NCBI GenBank assembly: GCA_023269615.1
Contig: JAHFSY010000006.1
Span: 11,033-75,032, forward strand
Reading direction: 5' to 3'
Length of the DNA stretch: 64,000 bases
Source of the DNA: Verrucomicrobiota bacterium
GTDB taxonomy: Bacteria; Verrucomicrobiota; Verrucomicrobiia; JABWAM01
Both the position numbers and the translations under genes were made by a program. The notes below the pieces were generated by a model that saw nothing but the letters and a program-made list of their open reading frames with translations, ran no database searches and had not been told where the DNA came from. Positions 27,061 through 37,183 of this stretch are shown here, one piece after another (within the stretch, counting starts at the first letter, position 1; each line of letters starts with the position of its first letter).

Positions 27061-28344
27061 ATGCCTGAATCGAAGGAAATCGTCGGCGTGGTGGGGCTTG
27101 GCTATGTGGGGTTGCCGCTTGCTTGCGCGTTTGCGCGTCATGTCCACGTGGTCGGTTATGATCTCGATGTCCGCCGCATCGCGTCGTTGCGGAAGTTCAA
27201 CGATCCCACCGGCGAAACCGCCTCGGTGGATTTGCGACGGAAAAACCTTCGCTTCACGACCCGGCCTGCCGACCTGCGCCGGTGCACGGTGATCATCGTG
27301 GCGGTGCCGACACCCACGGACGAGGCGAAGAACCCCGACCTGCATCCGATCCGATCGGCGGCGGCCACGGTGGGACAAAATCTTTCGCGCGGCGTCCTCG
27401 TGGTTTTTGAGAGCACGGTGTACCCCGGGCTCACCGAGGAAATCTGCCTGCCGATCCTGGAAAAGGAATCCGGGCTCAAGCTTGGACAGTTCAGCCTGGG
27501 CTATTCGCCGGAACGCATCAACCCGGGAGACCGCGAGCACACGCTCGACAAGGTCGTGAAGGTTGTTTCCGGTCATGATCGCGCGGCGCTCGAGCGCACC
27601 TCGAAGCTCTATTCGCTCGTCACCCGCGCAGGCGTGCATCGCGCGCCGAACATCAAGACGGCCGAGGCGTCCAAGGTGATCGAGAACATCCAGCGTGACC
27701 TGAACATCGCCCTGATGAACGAGCTGTCGAAGATTTTTGCGCGCCTCGGCATTCGTACCAAGGACGTGCTCGATGCCGCGGGCACAAAATGGAATTTTCA
27801 CAAGTACCACCCCGGGCTCGTTGGCGGCCATTGCATCGGGGTGGATCCGTATTACCTGACACATCGCGCGATGGAGGCCGGCATCCATCCCCAGGTGATC
27901 CTCGCGGGGCGCTCACTCAACGACTCGATGGGGCAGTACGTGGGGGAGATGATTTTACGCGAGCTCATCCGCGCCGGAAAAAACCCCTCTCGCAGCACCG
28001 TGCTGTTGCTCGGCCTCACGTTCAAGGAAAACGTGCGCGACACGCGCAACTCGCGCGTGGTGGACACGATCCGCCACTTGCGCGGCTTCGGCATCAAGGT
28101 GGAGGGTTGCGATCCCAATCTCGGCCCGCACGTAAACCTGGAGGGCGTGAAGGTTTCCAATCGTCCGCTCTCGCGATTGGGCCGCGCGGATTGCGTGGTG
28201 CTGGTGAATCGTCACCGCCAGTTTGATTCACTGACGCTCGCTGGATTGCGCCGTTGCATGAACCCTCCCGTCCTTGTTGATCTCAAAAATCATTTTGATC
28301 CGTCGGAAGCCCGCCGTCTTGGGTTTCATTACAGCAGCCTTTGA
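27061..28344 (+). CDS. nucleotide-sugar 6-dehydrogenase (UDP-glucose/GDP-mannose dehydrogenase family; WecC/TviB-like)
   Basis: VVGLGYVGLP Rossmann motif, catalytic GGHCIGVDPYY, and C-terminal UDP-binding domain. Confidence 0.8.
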   Translation: MPESKEIVGVVGLGYVGLPLACAFARHVHVVGYDLDVRRIASLRKFNDPTGETASVDLRRKNLRFTTRPADLRRCTVIIVAVPTPTDEAKNPDLHPIRSAAATVGQNLSRGVLVVFESTVYPGLTEEICLPILEKESGLKLGQFSLGYSPERINPGDREHTLDKVVKVVSGHDRAALERTSKLYSLVTRAGVHRAPNIKTAEASKVIENIQRDLNIALMNELSKIFARLGIRTKDVLDAAGTKWNFHKYHPGLVGGHCIGVDPYYLTHRAMEAGIHPQVILAGRSLNDSMGQYVGEMILRELIRAGKNPSRSTVLLLGLTFKENVRDTRNSRVVDTIRHLRGFGIKVEGCDPNLGPHVNLEGVKVSNRPLSRLGRADCVVLVNRHRQFDSLTLAGLRRCMNPPVLVDLKNHFDPSEARRLGFHYSSL

Positions 28345-28345
28345 G

Positions 28346-28402
28346 TGTAGCTGCGTCCGCAAGGACGCGGCCCGGGGCCAAACGCTTGCGCGTTCGGCTA
28401 CA
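28346..28402. repeat. REP-like element TGTAGCTGCGTCCGCAAGG...GCTTGCGCGTTCGGCTACA (intergenic copy)
   Basis: Same family as 13415..13474. Lies immediately after the dehydrogenase stop codon. Confidence 0.8.
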
Positions 28403-28508
28403 ACTGAGGGTTAAAATCTTTTAACCCTGAATTAATGGCCGTTTAAGGCGGGGGGATTAGGGTGTTTCAAGATTTAAAAGCAACTTCATCCTCAACAGAA
28501 ACACTCCC

Positions 28509-29498
28509 ATGAACACGAGCATTCAAGCCATCAACGAATCAGTGCAGAAGTCCTCCTCCTGGGTGCGGCCGCTGCAGAACGAAATCGGGCGGATCATCAT
28601 CGGCCAGAAGTACATGATTGACCGCCTTCTGGTCGGCCTGATCGCCAACGGCCATATCCTCCTCGAGGGCGTGCCGGGCCTCGCCAAGACGCTGGCCATG
28701 AAAACACTGGCAGCGGCGATCCAGACCAAATTCCAGCGCCTGCAGTTCACGCCCGACATGCTTCCCGCCGACATTGTGGGGACACTGATTTATAATCCGC
28801 AGGAAGGAAAATTCAGCACGAAGCACGGTCCCATCTTCACCAACCTAGTGCTGGCGGATGAAATCAACCGCGCGCCCGCCAAGGTGCAGAGCGCGTTGCT
28901 CGAGGCGATGCAGGAGCGGCAGGTCACGATTGGCGACACGACTTTTCCGTTACCTGATCCGTTTCTTGTCCTGGCCACGCAAAACCCCATCGAGCAGGAA
29001 GGCACGTACCCGCTGCCCGAGGCGCAGGTGGACCGTTTCATGCTCAAGCTGCAGATCGGGTATCCCAGCCGGACCGAAGAGCGGGCGATTCTCGACCTCA
29101 TGGCCACCACCAATCCGCCCACGGACGTCACCGCAGCCGTGGAAATCGCGCACATCAAGGAGGCGCGCCAGGTGGTGAACACGATCTACATGGACGACAA
29201 GGTGAAGGATTACATCGTGGACCTGGTCTGGGCGACGCGCGATCCCAAGGCCTACAAGCTGGATCTTAATGGCTACATCCAGTTCGGGGCGTCGCCGCGC
29301 GCCACGATCAACCTCACCCTTGCTTCGAAGGCCTGGGCCTACCTGCAGGGACGTGGCTACGTCACGCCCCAGGACGTGAAGACCATCGGCATGGACGTGC
29401 TGCGCCATCGCGTGATCGTCAGCTACGAGGCCGAGGCCGAGAACATGAAGAGCGAGGACATCATCAAGAAAATCTTCGACACGGTGCCGGTGCCTTGA
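28509..29498 (+). CDS. MoxR-family AAA+ ATPase
   Basis: Walker A GVPGLAKT, Walker B LVLADEINRA, ATQNPIEQEGTYPLPEAQVDRF. Confidence 0.9.
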   Translation: MNTSIQAINESVQKSSSWVRPLQNEIGRIIIGQKYMIDRLLVGLIANGHILLEGVPGLAKTLAMKTLAAAIQTKFQRLQFTPDMLPADIVGTLIYNPQEGKFSTKHGPIFTNLVLADEINRAPAKVQSALLEAMQERQVTIGDTTFPLPDPFLVLATQNPIEQEGTYPLPEAQVDRFMLKLQIGYPSRTEERAILDLMATTNPPTDVTAAVEIAHIKEARQVVNTIYMDDKVKDYIVDLVWATRDPKAYKLDLNGYIQFGASPRATINLTLASKAWAYLQGRGYVTPQDVKTIGMDVLRHRVIVSYEAEAENMKSEDIIKKIFDTVPVP

Positions 29499-29645
29499 AT
29501 GAAAAATGCAAAATGAAGAATGAAGAAATCCCGGCATCGGAATCGGCATTCGGAAAAAATCTCATGAACTCGGACTTCATCACTCCACTTCAATGGTTTT
29601 CTGCCCATCATTCTTCATTTTTCATTCTTCATTTTTAATTTCTTC
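29498..29645. repeat. inverted pair of AATGAAG-type heptamer blocks flanking a CGGCATC/GGAATCG block
   Basis: 29498..29528 aatgaaaaatgcaaaatgaagaatgaagaaa is inverted relative to 29607..29645 catcattcttcatttttcattcttcatttttaatttcttc. Confidence 0.75.
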
Positions 29646-29646
29646 C

Positions 29647-30534
29647 ATGAACCCCAACCAAGCCAGGGAAATCCTCAAGAAGGTGCGCCAGATCGAGATC
29701 CGCACCCGCCGTCTCGTGACGGACTCGCTGGCGGGGCAATATCATTCCGTGTTCAAGGGGCGTGGGATTAATTTTGAGGATGTGCGCGAGTACAGCCCTG
29801 GCGACGAGGTGCGCACGATTGACTGGAACGTCACGGCGCGCACGGGGCGGCCCTTCGTGAAGAAATTCACCGAGGAGCGCGAGCTGACGATCCTGCTCAT
29901 GGTGGACGTGAGCGCGTCGGGAAACTTTGGATCCGGCGCTCAGAGCAAGCGGGAGCTGTCAGCCGAGCTGGCCAGCGTCCTCGCATTCTCGGCGATCCGC
30001 AACAATGACAAGGTGGGGCTGATCCTCTTTTCCGACCAGGTGGAGAAATACATCCCGCCCAAGAAGGGGCGCCGGCACGTGCTGCGCGTGGTGCGCGAGA
30101 TTCTTTTCTTCGAACCAAAGCAGAAGGGCACGGACATCGCCAACGCCCTGGACTTTGCCAACAAGGTGGTGACGCGCCGCGCCGTGGCGTTCCTGGTGTC
30201 GGACTTCCAGGCATCGGAATACCAGCAGGCGTTGCGAATGACCAACAAACGCCACGACACCGTGGCCGTGATGGTGGTGGACCCGCGCGAACGCGACATG
30301 CCGGATGTGGGATTGCTTGCGGTGGAGGATTCGGAAACAGGCGAGCTCATGGAGGTAAACACCTCGAGCCCGGACATTCGTTCCTACTTCTCCAACTCGT
30401 CACGGAATCGGCTGGATGTGATTCGAAGGGACCTGCGTTCGTCCGGCGTGGACGTGCTGGAACTTGACACCGGAAAGCCCTATATGCCGGCTCTGATGCA
30501 ATTTTTTGCGACAAGGGAGGCAAGGCGCGTATGA
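29647..30534 (+). CDS. DUF58 protein (MoxR partner, VWA-like)
   Basis: FEDVREYSPGDEVRTIDWNVTAR motif and MVDVSASG. ATG 29647 follows the repeat block. Confidence 0.85.
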   Translation: MNPNQAREILKKVRQIEIRTRRLVTDSLAGQYHSVFKGRGINFEDVREYSPGDEVRTIDWNVTARTGRPFVKKFTEERELTILLMVDVSASGNFGSGAQSKRELSAELASVLAFSAIRNNDKVGLILFSDQVEKYIPPKKGRRHVLRVVREILFFEPKQKGTDIANALDFANKVVTRRAVAFLVSDFQASEYQQALRMTNKRHDTVAVMVVDPRERDMPDVGLLAVEDSETGELMEVNTSSPDIRSYFSNSSRNRLDVIRRDLRSSGVDVLELDTGKPYMPALMQFFATREARRV

Positions 30535-31307
30535 GCCCTGTTCTCAATTCAGATTTTGGAGTCTTGCGCTGGATGCGCGCCGCCGTCGTGGCGGCCGCCA
30601 TGGGAGCCTTCGTGGCGGCCCACTCACAAACGCCCCCTCCCATCGCAGCGCCTCCATCCCCTCTCCCCACGATCGGCAATCCGTCCCAGGCTGCGGCACC
30701 GGCGAAGGCAGAGGAAGACATCCGGGATATCCGTGGGCCCCGCCACATTCCGTATTCGTGGCTCTGGGCCGCCTATCTCGCGGGCGGATTGGCCGCTGCG
30801 GGACTGCTCGCCTGGGCCTATCGCCGCTGGAAAAACCGCCCGAAAATTGTCGTGAAGCTGCCCCATGAGATCGCATTGGAACAATTGCAGGCGGCACTGG
30901 CTCTGATGAATCCCGGACAGACGCGCGAATTTTCCATCATGGTGTCGGATGCCGTGCGTGTGTACATCGAGGCGCGATTTGAGGCGAAGGCGGCGCATCG
31001 CACGACGGAGGAATTCCTGCACCAGCTGCTGTTCGAGGTGATGTCCCCCCTTGCCCCGTACTCCGACTCGCTCCGGGATTTCCTGCAGTATTGCGACCTG
31101 GCGAAATTTGCCAAGTGGTCGCTCTCCATGCCCGAGATGCAATCCATGCACGAGAGCGCGCGCAAATTCATCGAGGAAACAAAGCCGCAACCCGGCGCGG
31201 CGGCAGAACGAAAGCTCCCTCCGGAATTCGCGACACCACCCGCGGCCATGAATGGCGCGCGAACCCGCTCCCTCCCCCACACTCAGCCACCGATCCTCAA
31301 CCACTGA
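30531..31307 (+). CDS. DUF4381-like membrane protein of the Bat operon
   Basis: ATGA overlap, one TM (WLWAAYLAGGLAAAGLLAWAY), and its position between DUF58 and BatA. Confidence 0.6.
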   Translation: MSPVLNSDFGVLRWMRAAVVAAAMGAFVAAHSQTPPPIAAPPSPLPTIGNPSQAAAPAKAEEDIRDIRGPRHIPYSWLWAAYLAGGLAAAGLLAWAYRRWKNRPKIVVKLPHEIALEQLQAALALMNPGQTREFSIMVSDAVRVYIEARFEAKAAHRTTEEFLHQLLFEVMSPLAPYSDSLRDFLQYCDLAKFAKWSLSMPEMQSMHESARKFIEETKPQPGAAAERKLPPEFATPPAAMNGARTRSLPHTQPPILNH

Positions 31308-31317
31308 CCCTGATTTC

Positions 31318-32313
31318 ATGCGCTTTCAATATCCAGAACTCCTGTGGCTCCTGACGCTGCTCCCGCTCCTCGCCTTGTGGCTTGGGCGGAAGGGTGGGAC
31401 CGCATCCATCCAGTATTCGAGCGCGGAACTGGTTCGTGCCGTGTCGCGCGAAAGCCGTTCGAAGGCAGGACACTGGATGACGACGCTGCGCCTTCTGGCC
31501 CTTGCGCTGCTGGTGATCGCGCTGGCGCGTCCCCAGTTTGGGCGTGGCACCACCGAGGTACAGGCCAGTGGCATTGACATCGTGCTGGCCGTGGATATTT
31601 CCGGCTCCATGGAGGCGCTGGATTTCAAGGTGCGTGGCCAGCCCACGAGCCGCGTGGAGGTTGTGAAATCCGTGGTGGCCAAATTCATCGAGGCGCGTCC
31701 CAACGACCGGATTGGGATCGTTGCCTTCGCGGGCCGCCCATACCTCATCAGCCCGCTGACGCTTGATCATCAATGGCTTTTGCAAAACCTGGAGCGCCTT
31801 CACATCGGGCTTGTGGAGGATGGAACAGCCATCGGATCGGCCATCGCGTCGAGCGTGAACCGCCTGCGCGACCAACCCGCCAAATCGAAAATCGTGGTGC
31901 TCCTGACGGACGGGGTGAACAACGCGGGCAAGGCCTCCCCTGAAGCGGCTGCGGACGCGGCCCGGGCGTTTGGCATCAAGGTGTACACGATTGGCGCCGG
32001 GGTGAAGGGCGAAGCGCCGATGCCGGTGCGGGACCGGTTTGGAAACCGCGTCATGGCGATGGTGAAGGTCGACGTGGACGAACCGATGCTGAAGAAGGTT
32101 GCGGAGACGACGGATGCGCAATTCTACCGCGCCACGGACGTGGCATCACTGGAGTCCATCTACAGCCAGATTGACCGTCTTGAAAAAACCACGGCCACGA
32201 TGAAAAAATTCGAACATTACAACGAGCTTTTCGCCTGGGTCCTGATTCCGGGACTCATGGTGCTGGGAGCCGAGGTGCTGCTCGCCAACACATTTTTCCG
32301 ACGCCTACCATGA
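31318..32313 (+). CDS. batA: VWA domain protein BatA
   Basis: Two N-terminal TM segments, MIDAS region VLAVDISGSM...LLTDGVNN, and a C-terminal TM segment. Confidence 0.8.
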   Translation: MRFQYPELLWLLTLLPLLALWLGRKGGTASIQYSSAELVRAVSRESRSKAGHWMTTLRLLALALLVIALARPQFGRGTTEVQASGIDIVLAVDISGSMEALDFKVRGQPTSRVEVVKSVVAKFIEARPNDRIGIVAFAGRPYLISPLTLDHQWLLQNLERLHIGLVEDGTAIGSAIASSVNRLRDQPAKSKIVVLLTDGVNNAGKASPEAAADAARAFGIKVYTIGAGVKGEAPMPVRDRFGNRVMAMVKVDVDEPMLKKVAETTDAQFYRATDVASLESIYSQIDRLEKTTATMKKFEHYNELFAWVLIPGLMVLGAEVLLANTFFRRLP

Positions 32314-34325
32314 CCTTCGCCCAACCCATCTGGCTTGTCGCCGCCGCCCTCTCGGTGCCGGTTCTTCTATGGATCTTCCGAATTTTTGACCGGGGCCGCC
32401 AGGAGGCATTGAAGCGTTTTGCCTCCGAGCATCTCCTGGAACAGCTCACGGCCAGCGTGTCCATCCGCCGTCGCTGGATGAAGCGCTGGCTCTTCATTGC
32501 GGGAAGCGCACTCTGCCTGATCGCACTGGCACGTCCGCAAGTGGGTTTTCGGTGGGAGGAGGCCAAACGCAAGGGCATTGACATCCTGTTTGCCGTGGAT
32601 ACCTCGCGCAGCATGCTGGCGACCGACGTGAATCCCGATCGCCTGACGCGCGCCAAGATGGCGGTGCTGGACTTGCTTGCAAAATTGCCGGGGGACCGCG
32701 TGGGACTGGTGGCTTTTGCGGGCCACGCATTTTTGCAATGTCCGCTGACGCTGGATTACGACGCATTTCGGCAGTCGGTGGAAGCGCTGGACACGGCAAT
32801 CATCCCGAAAGGCGGCACGAATGTGGCGGCAGCCATCCGCGAAGCCGAGAGCGCCTACGGCGCGGAAGGCAGGCATCACAAAATCCTGGTGCTGATCACG
32901 GACGGCGAGGACTTGGAGGCAAACGGGATCGCGGCGGCAAAGGCGGCGGCGCAACGCGACGTGAAAGTGTTCACGGTGGGCGTGGGGACCACGTCCGGCG
33001 AATTGATACCGTTGCGCAACGAAACGGGCGGCGTGGAATATGTCAAGGACGACAAGGGGCAGGTGGTGAAGTCGCGCCTCGACGAGAGCACGCTGCGGCA
33101 GATTGCCGAGGCGACGGGCGGCCTGTACGAGCCGCTTGGGCAGCGTGGTGAGGGACTTGAATCCATCTACGAGCGCGGTCTCAAGACCCTGCCGAAACAG
33201 GAACTTTCGGCGCGCATGAACAAAGTGTACATTGATCGCTTCCAGTGGCCCCTTGCGCTGGGCCTCCTTTGCCTGGCGCTTGAAATGTTGCTCGGCGATT
33301 GCAGGCGCGTGCGCAAATCTGCGCCCGCGGTTTCCCGGTTGAAATTTTCGGTGGCGCCCGCCCTCGCCCTGGTGATGCTGGCCCATGCGGGGTCTGCATG
33401 GGCCTCGCCGCAAAGCGCGGAGACCGCGTACCAAAAAGGAAAGTTCAACGAGGCGCTTTCACTCTACAAGAAGGCGGCGGAAAAAAATCCGAAGAAGGCC
33501 GAGTTGCAATACAATCTCGGTGCGGCCGCCTACAAGAACGGGCAGTTCCCGGAGTCGGCCGAGGCGTTCCAAAAAGCATTGCAGACAGACCAGGTTGGCC
33601 TGCAGCAACAGACCTTCTACAATCTCGGCAATGTGCAATACCGCCTCGGGCAACCCACCGAAAAAACCAACCCCCAGCAAACGATCCAAGTCTGGCAGCA
33701 GGCGCTGAAATCCTATGAAAACGCAATGCAGTTGAAGAAGGACGACAAGGACGCCAAATTCAATTACGATCTCGTAAAGAAAAAACTTGAGGAACTCCAA
33801 AAGCAGAATCCCCCGCCACCGCAGGATGACAAGGACAAGAAGGACGACAAGGACAAGAAAGATCCAAAAGACAACAAAGGCCAAAAGGACCCGCAGGAAA
33901 ACAAAGACCAAAAAGACGGCAAGGATCCGTCCAAGGGCAATCAGCAAAACCAACAGGGTGGCGACAAGGATGGGAAGGATCAAAAAGACAAACCCAATCC
34001 CGACCAGCAGAAGCAACAGGCGAAAAATGGCAGGGATGGCAAGGACCAGAAAGATCAGCAGCAGCCAAACGCTGGAAACCAGCAGCCTGATAACAAGCAG
34101 AATGGAAAAGACAAACAGCAACCCCAGCCCTCGGGTGATGAAAAGGGCGGGAATGAACAGAAGCAGGCCGGGACTGAACCCCAGCCTTTGCCGGGACAGA
34201 TGAGCAAAGAGGAAGCCCGTAATCTTCTCGATTCCTTGAAGGGAGATGAGAAAAAGATGCCTGCCTCGCCTGCCAATGCCAGCGTCCAGGCCGGTGGTGA
34301 TGAGCCGCCGCAACGTGATTGGTGA
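32310..34325 (+). CDS. batB: VWA + TPR protein (BatB-BatC-like fusion) with Lys/Asp/Gln-rich tail
   Basis: ILFAVDTSRSM...LITDGED VWA domain, TPR units (YQKGKFNEALSLYKKAAEKNP...), and a low-complexity tail of about 150 aa (DKDKKDDKDKKDPKDNKGQKD). Confidence 0.8.
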   Translation: MTFAQPIWLVAAALSVPVLLWIFRIFDRGRQEALKRFASEHLLEQLTASVSIRRRWMKRWLFIAGSALCLIALARPQVGFRWEEAKRKGIDILFAVDTSRSMLATDVNPDRLTRAKMAVLDLLAKLPGDRVGLVAFAGHAFLQCPLTLDYDAFRQSVEALDTAIIPKGGTNVAAAIREAESAYGAEGRHHKILVLITDGEDLEANGIAAAKAAAQRDVKVFTVGVGTTSGELIPLRNETGGVEYVKDDKGQVVKSRLDESTLRQIAEATGGLYEPLGQRGEGLESIYERGLKTLPKQELSARMNKVYIDRFQWPLALGLLCLALEMLLGDCRRVRKSAPAVSRLKFSVAPALALVMLAHAGSAWASPQSAETAYQKGKFNEALSLYKKAAEKNPKKAELQYNLGAAAYKNGQFPESAEAFQKALQTDQVGLQQQTFYNLGNVQYRLGQPTEKTNPQQTIQVWQQALKSYENAMQLKKDDKDAKFNYDLVKKKLEELQKQNPPPPQDDKDKKDDKDKKDPKDNKGQKDPQENKDQKDGKDPSKGNQQNQQGGDKDGKDQKDKPNPDQQKQQAKNGRDGKDQKDQQQPNAGNQQPDNKQNGKDKQQPQPSGDEKGGNEQKQAGTEPQPLPGQMSKEEARNLLDSLKGDEKKMPASPANASVQAGGDEPPQRDW

Positions 34326-34326
34326 T

Positions 34327-36237
34327 ATGAAAACATGGAAACACACATGGTTGGCTGTCCCGTGCGCGTGGGCGCTTTTCGGGGCATTCCCCTCCGCTGC
34401 CCTGGCTGACGGAATCCGCGCGTCCGCGGCCATACAGCCCGTGGAAATTTCTTTTGGCGAGACAGCCCAGTTGAACATCGTCATCGAGGGATCCGTGAAT
34501 GTTCCCGCACCCAGGATGCCGGAGGTGGATGGGCTGAAAATGGTGCATGTCGGGAACTCCTCCAGTTTTCAATTCATCAATGGGGCGATGTTCGCCAGCG
34601 TGACGCATGTGTACCAGGTCCTGCCCCGCAAGGAGGGGACGTTCAAGATTCCTGAAATTTCCATCACGGTTGACCAGGCGACGGCCAAGACTGCTGCATT
34701 GACGCTGAAGGTGGGAAAAGGAACGCCGTCATATTCCGTGCCAACAGCGCCATCCTCTCCAGGCTCTGTGACTTCATCGGGCATGTCGAGTCCATCCGTC
34801 GCGCAAGCTGATCCGGCGCAGGCTCCCCCGCCCGAATCATCCGAGGATGGAATGGTGCAACTGATTTATCCGAAGCGCGATTTTTATGTGGGCGAGCTGA
34901 TCCCCACCGACATCAAGATCTATCTTGGGCAGGAGCAGCGTATCATCCACATCAACCTGCCCACCCTTTCCAGCACGGCGTTCACGATAGGAAAGCTTGG
35001 AAACAAGTTTGAGCAAGGCATGGAAATGGTGCGTGGCGTGCCTTACTCGGTGTTGACGTGGCACACGGCGATTGCGGCGGTCAAGGCGGGCGAGCATCCA
35101 CTCGGGGCACAATTTGAATACACGAAGATGGTCCGTGTGAATGCACGGCCGTCGGGAGGCGGGTTATTGGACGAAAGGTTTGACCGATTTTTTGGCAGCG
35201 AGAAAGAGCAACAGACATCCCTTTCCAGCCCGGAGGCGACTGTGAAAATCCTTTCCCTGCCTGCGGAGGGGCGTCCACCGGATTTTTCGAGCGCAATCGG
35301 GCGGTTTGAAATAGGCGCGACGCTGCTTCCCAACGAAGTAACGGCGGGCGATCCCACGACACTCCAACTCACGGTAACCGGCACGGGAAACTTTGATCGT
35401 GTGACGGACCTGAAGCTGGGGGAGAACCAGGGTTTTAAGACTTACAAGCCGAGCGTTCGTTTTGAGCCTTCAAATGAGTCAGGGTATATTGGCCGGAAGA
35501 TCTTCGAGCAGGTGATTGTTCCCCAGAGTGCGGAGATCAAGGAGGTTCCACCGGTGCATTTGAGTTTTTTTGATCCCGAGAGCCGCAAGTATGTCACCCT
35601 CTCGACGCCGGCCATTCCGATCAACGTGCTGCCGGGTCACGGTGGAAGTGCGCCCGATCCGTCCGCGCACGGGGGTGGTGTCGTGACGTCGGTTCCCAAT
35701 CCTGCGACTGCCTTGCGTGGAATGTCTGCTGGCGCGGCGGAACTGGTTCCAAACAAACTGGATTTTGGATCGCCTCTTCGGTTTCTCCCGGTGACTTCGA
35801 GCCCGTGGTTTTATGGAGTGCAATCCGTGCCGCTGGCGGCGCTGGCGATCGCGTGGGGGCTTGCGCGGCGTCGCGCGCGGCTGGAGAACGATCCGACGTT
35901 TGCGCGGGAGGTGAGTGCGGGACGCGAGGTGCGGGCGCAAGTGACTGCGATGGACGGCGCGTTGAAGGCCCATGACCCGGCCGCATTTTTCTCCGCGGCC
36001 CGCCGCGCGTTGCAGGAGAGGCTGGCCCAGGGAACTGGATGCAGGGCGGACACCATCACCCTTTCCGAGGCGGAACCATGTGGCATCCGCGACCCGGCGC
36101 TATTGGAGGGCGTGCGAAAGATTTTTGAGACGGCGGATGCCATCGCGTATTCGGGGCAACATTACAGCCACGAGGAGCTGGCCGGCTGGAGACAGCATGT
36201 GCTGGACGCCCTGAAAAAACTGGAGGCAACTCCATGA
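34327..36237 (+). CDS. batD: BatD-like oxygen-tolerance protein
   Basis: Signal peptide, long beta-rich ectodomain, single C-terminal TM (PWFYGVQSVPLAALAIAWGLARRR), and operon position. Confidence 0.7.
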   Translation: MKTWKHTWLAVPCAWALFGAFPSAALADGIRASAAIQPVEISFGETAQLNIVIEGSVNVPAPRMPEVDGLKMVHVGNSSSFQFINGAMFASVTHVYQVLPRKEGTFKIPEISITVDQATAKTAALTLKVGKGTPSYSVPTAPSSPGSVTSSGMSSPSVAQADPAQAPPPESSEDGMVQLIYPKRDFYVGELIPTDIKIYLGQEQRIIHINLPTLSSTAFTIGKLGNKFEQGMEMVRGVPYSVLTWHTAIAAVKAGEHPLGAQFEYTKMVRVNARPSGGGLLDERFDRFFGSEKEQQTSLSSPEATVKILSLPAEGRPPDFSSAIGRFEIGATLLPNEVTAGDPTTLQLTVTGTGNFDRVTDLKLGENQGFKTYKPSVRFEPSNESGYIGRKIFEQVIVPQSAEIKEVPPVHLSFFDPESRKYVTLSTPAIPINVLPGHGGSAPDPSAHGGGVVTSVPNPATALRGMSAGAAELVPNKLDFGSPLRFLPVTSSPWFYGVQSVPLAALAIAWGLARRRARLENDPTFAREVSAGREVRAQVTAMDGALKAHDPAAFFSAARRALQERLAQGTGCRADTITLSEAEPCGIRDPALLEGVRKIFETADAIAYSGQHYSHEELAGWRQHVLDALKKLEATP

Positions 36238-37040
36238 ACACCAGGGGGGATTATTTTCGGAAGTGGTGCGGACGTTTTCTCCTGTTGGCGGGTGCGCACT
36301 GGTGCATGGCGGGACCCTCGGATGCCGACCAGTTTGCGCAGGGGAACGTGGCGTTTGCGGCGGGGAAATATGCGGATGCGATCCATGAATACGAGGCTCT
36401 GCAGGCGAAGGGAGAGTGTTCCGTGCCGCTGCTTTATAATCTGGCCAACGCGTGTTACCGTGACGGTCGGATCGGTGCCGCGATCCTGAATTATGAGCGG
36501 GCGCAGTGGTTTGCGCCCGGAGACCCGGACATACGGGCCAACCTGCAATTTGCCCGGCGATCCGCCGGACTTTTTGAGCCGGCACCAGGGGCCATGGAGA
36601 AGGTTGCCGATTTCCTGAGCTTGAACGCCTGGGCGTGGATTTTCACACTGCTGCTGGCTCTACTTTGTGCAAGCCAGATCTTGCGAATGCTGAGGCGGGG
36701 AGCTGCGGGGAATGCCCGACCCGTGACCCTTCTGCTCGCACTGGCATGTGGCATTTCCCTTGCCGCGGTGTTCACGCGCATGATGGAAACGAATCGCGCG
36801 GTGATCATTTCACCCGAGACTCCCTTGATGGTTGCCCCTCTTGAAGGATCACCCTCTTCCTACGCCCTGGCGGCGGGGAGCCTGGTCCGGGTGGACAAAC
36901 AGCGGGATCATTTCCTTTTTGTGCGGACGGAGGAGGGCAGAAGAGGATGGATTTCTGATACCCACCTCGAACCCGTGGTCACTCAAAAGTTTCGCGATAG
37001 TCATCCGTCGGAAGTGCCTCATACGGATGTCCGCAGATGA
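36234..37040 (+). CDS. BatE-like TPR + SH3-like domain protein
   Basis: ATGA overlap, TPR unit (GNVAFAAGKYADAIHEYEAL...YNLANACYRDGRIGAAILNYERA), TM segments, and a C-terminal SH3-like domain (GSLVRVDKQRDHFLFVRTEEGRRGWI). Confidence 0.6.
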   Translation: MNTRGDYFRKWCGRFLLLAGAHWCMAGPSDADQFAQGNVAFAAGKYADAIHEYEALQAKGECSVPLLYNLANACYRDGRIGAAILNYERAQWFAPGDPDIRANLQFARRSAGLFEPAPGAMEKVADFLSLNAWAWIFTLLLALLCASQILRMLRRGAAGNARPVTLLLALACGISLAAVFTRMMETNRAVIISPETPLMVAPLEGSPSSYALAAGSLVRVDKQRDHFLFVRTEEGRRGWISDTHLEPVVTQKFRDSHPSEVPHTDVRR

Positions 37041-37108
37041 GGTTGGCAATATTCAGAACGAACAAGCAACAGCCAATCAGAGCCACATGGCTCTGAGGAA
37101 AAAGCAGA

Positions 37109-37140
37109 AAACCCCGTTCCGATTTCTCGGAACGGGGTTT
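37109..37140. terminator. bidirectional rho-independent terminator
   Basis: Perfect 14-bp stem AAACCCCGTTCCGA-TTTC-TCGGAACGGGGTTT with T-rich flanks on both strands. Lies between convergent genes ending at 37040 (+) and 37184 (-). Confidence 0.75.
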
Positions 37141-37183
37141 CTGGTTTGTCTCCGAGTGCTCGGAGAAGTTGGTGTCAGTTTGC

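Noticed and set aside
33459-34608. Minus-strand ORFs (341 and 282 aa) opposite the BatB-C low-complexity tail
   Set aside because: They are generated by the repetitive AAG/GAC-rich sequence of the Lys/Asp tail. The hydrophobic Leu/Phe/Val runs are the complement of Lys/Asp/Gln codons.
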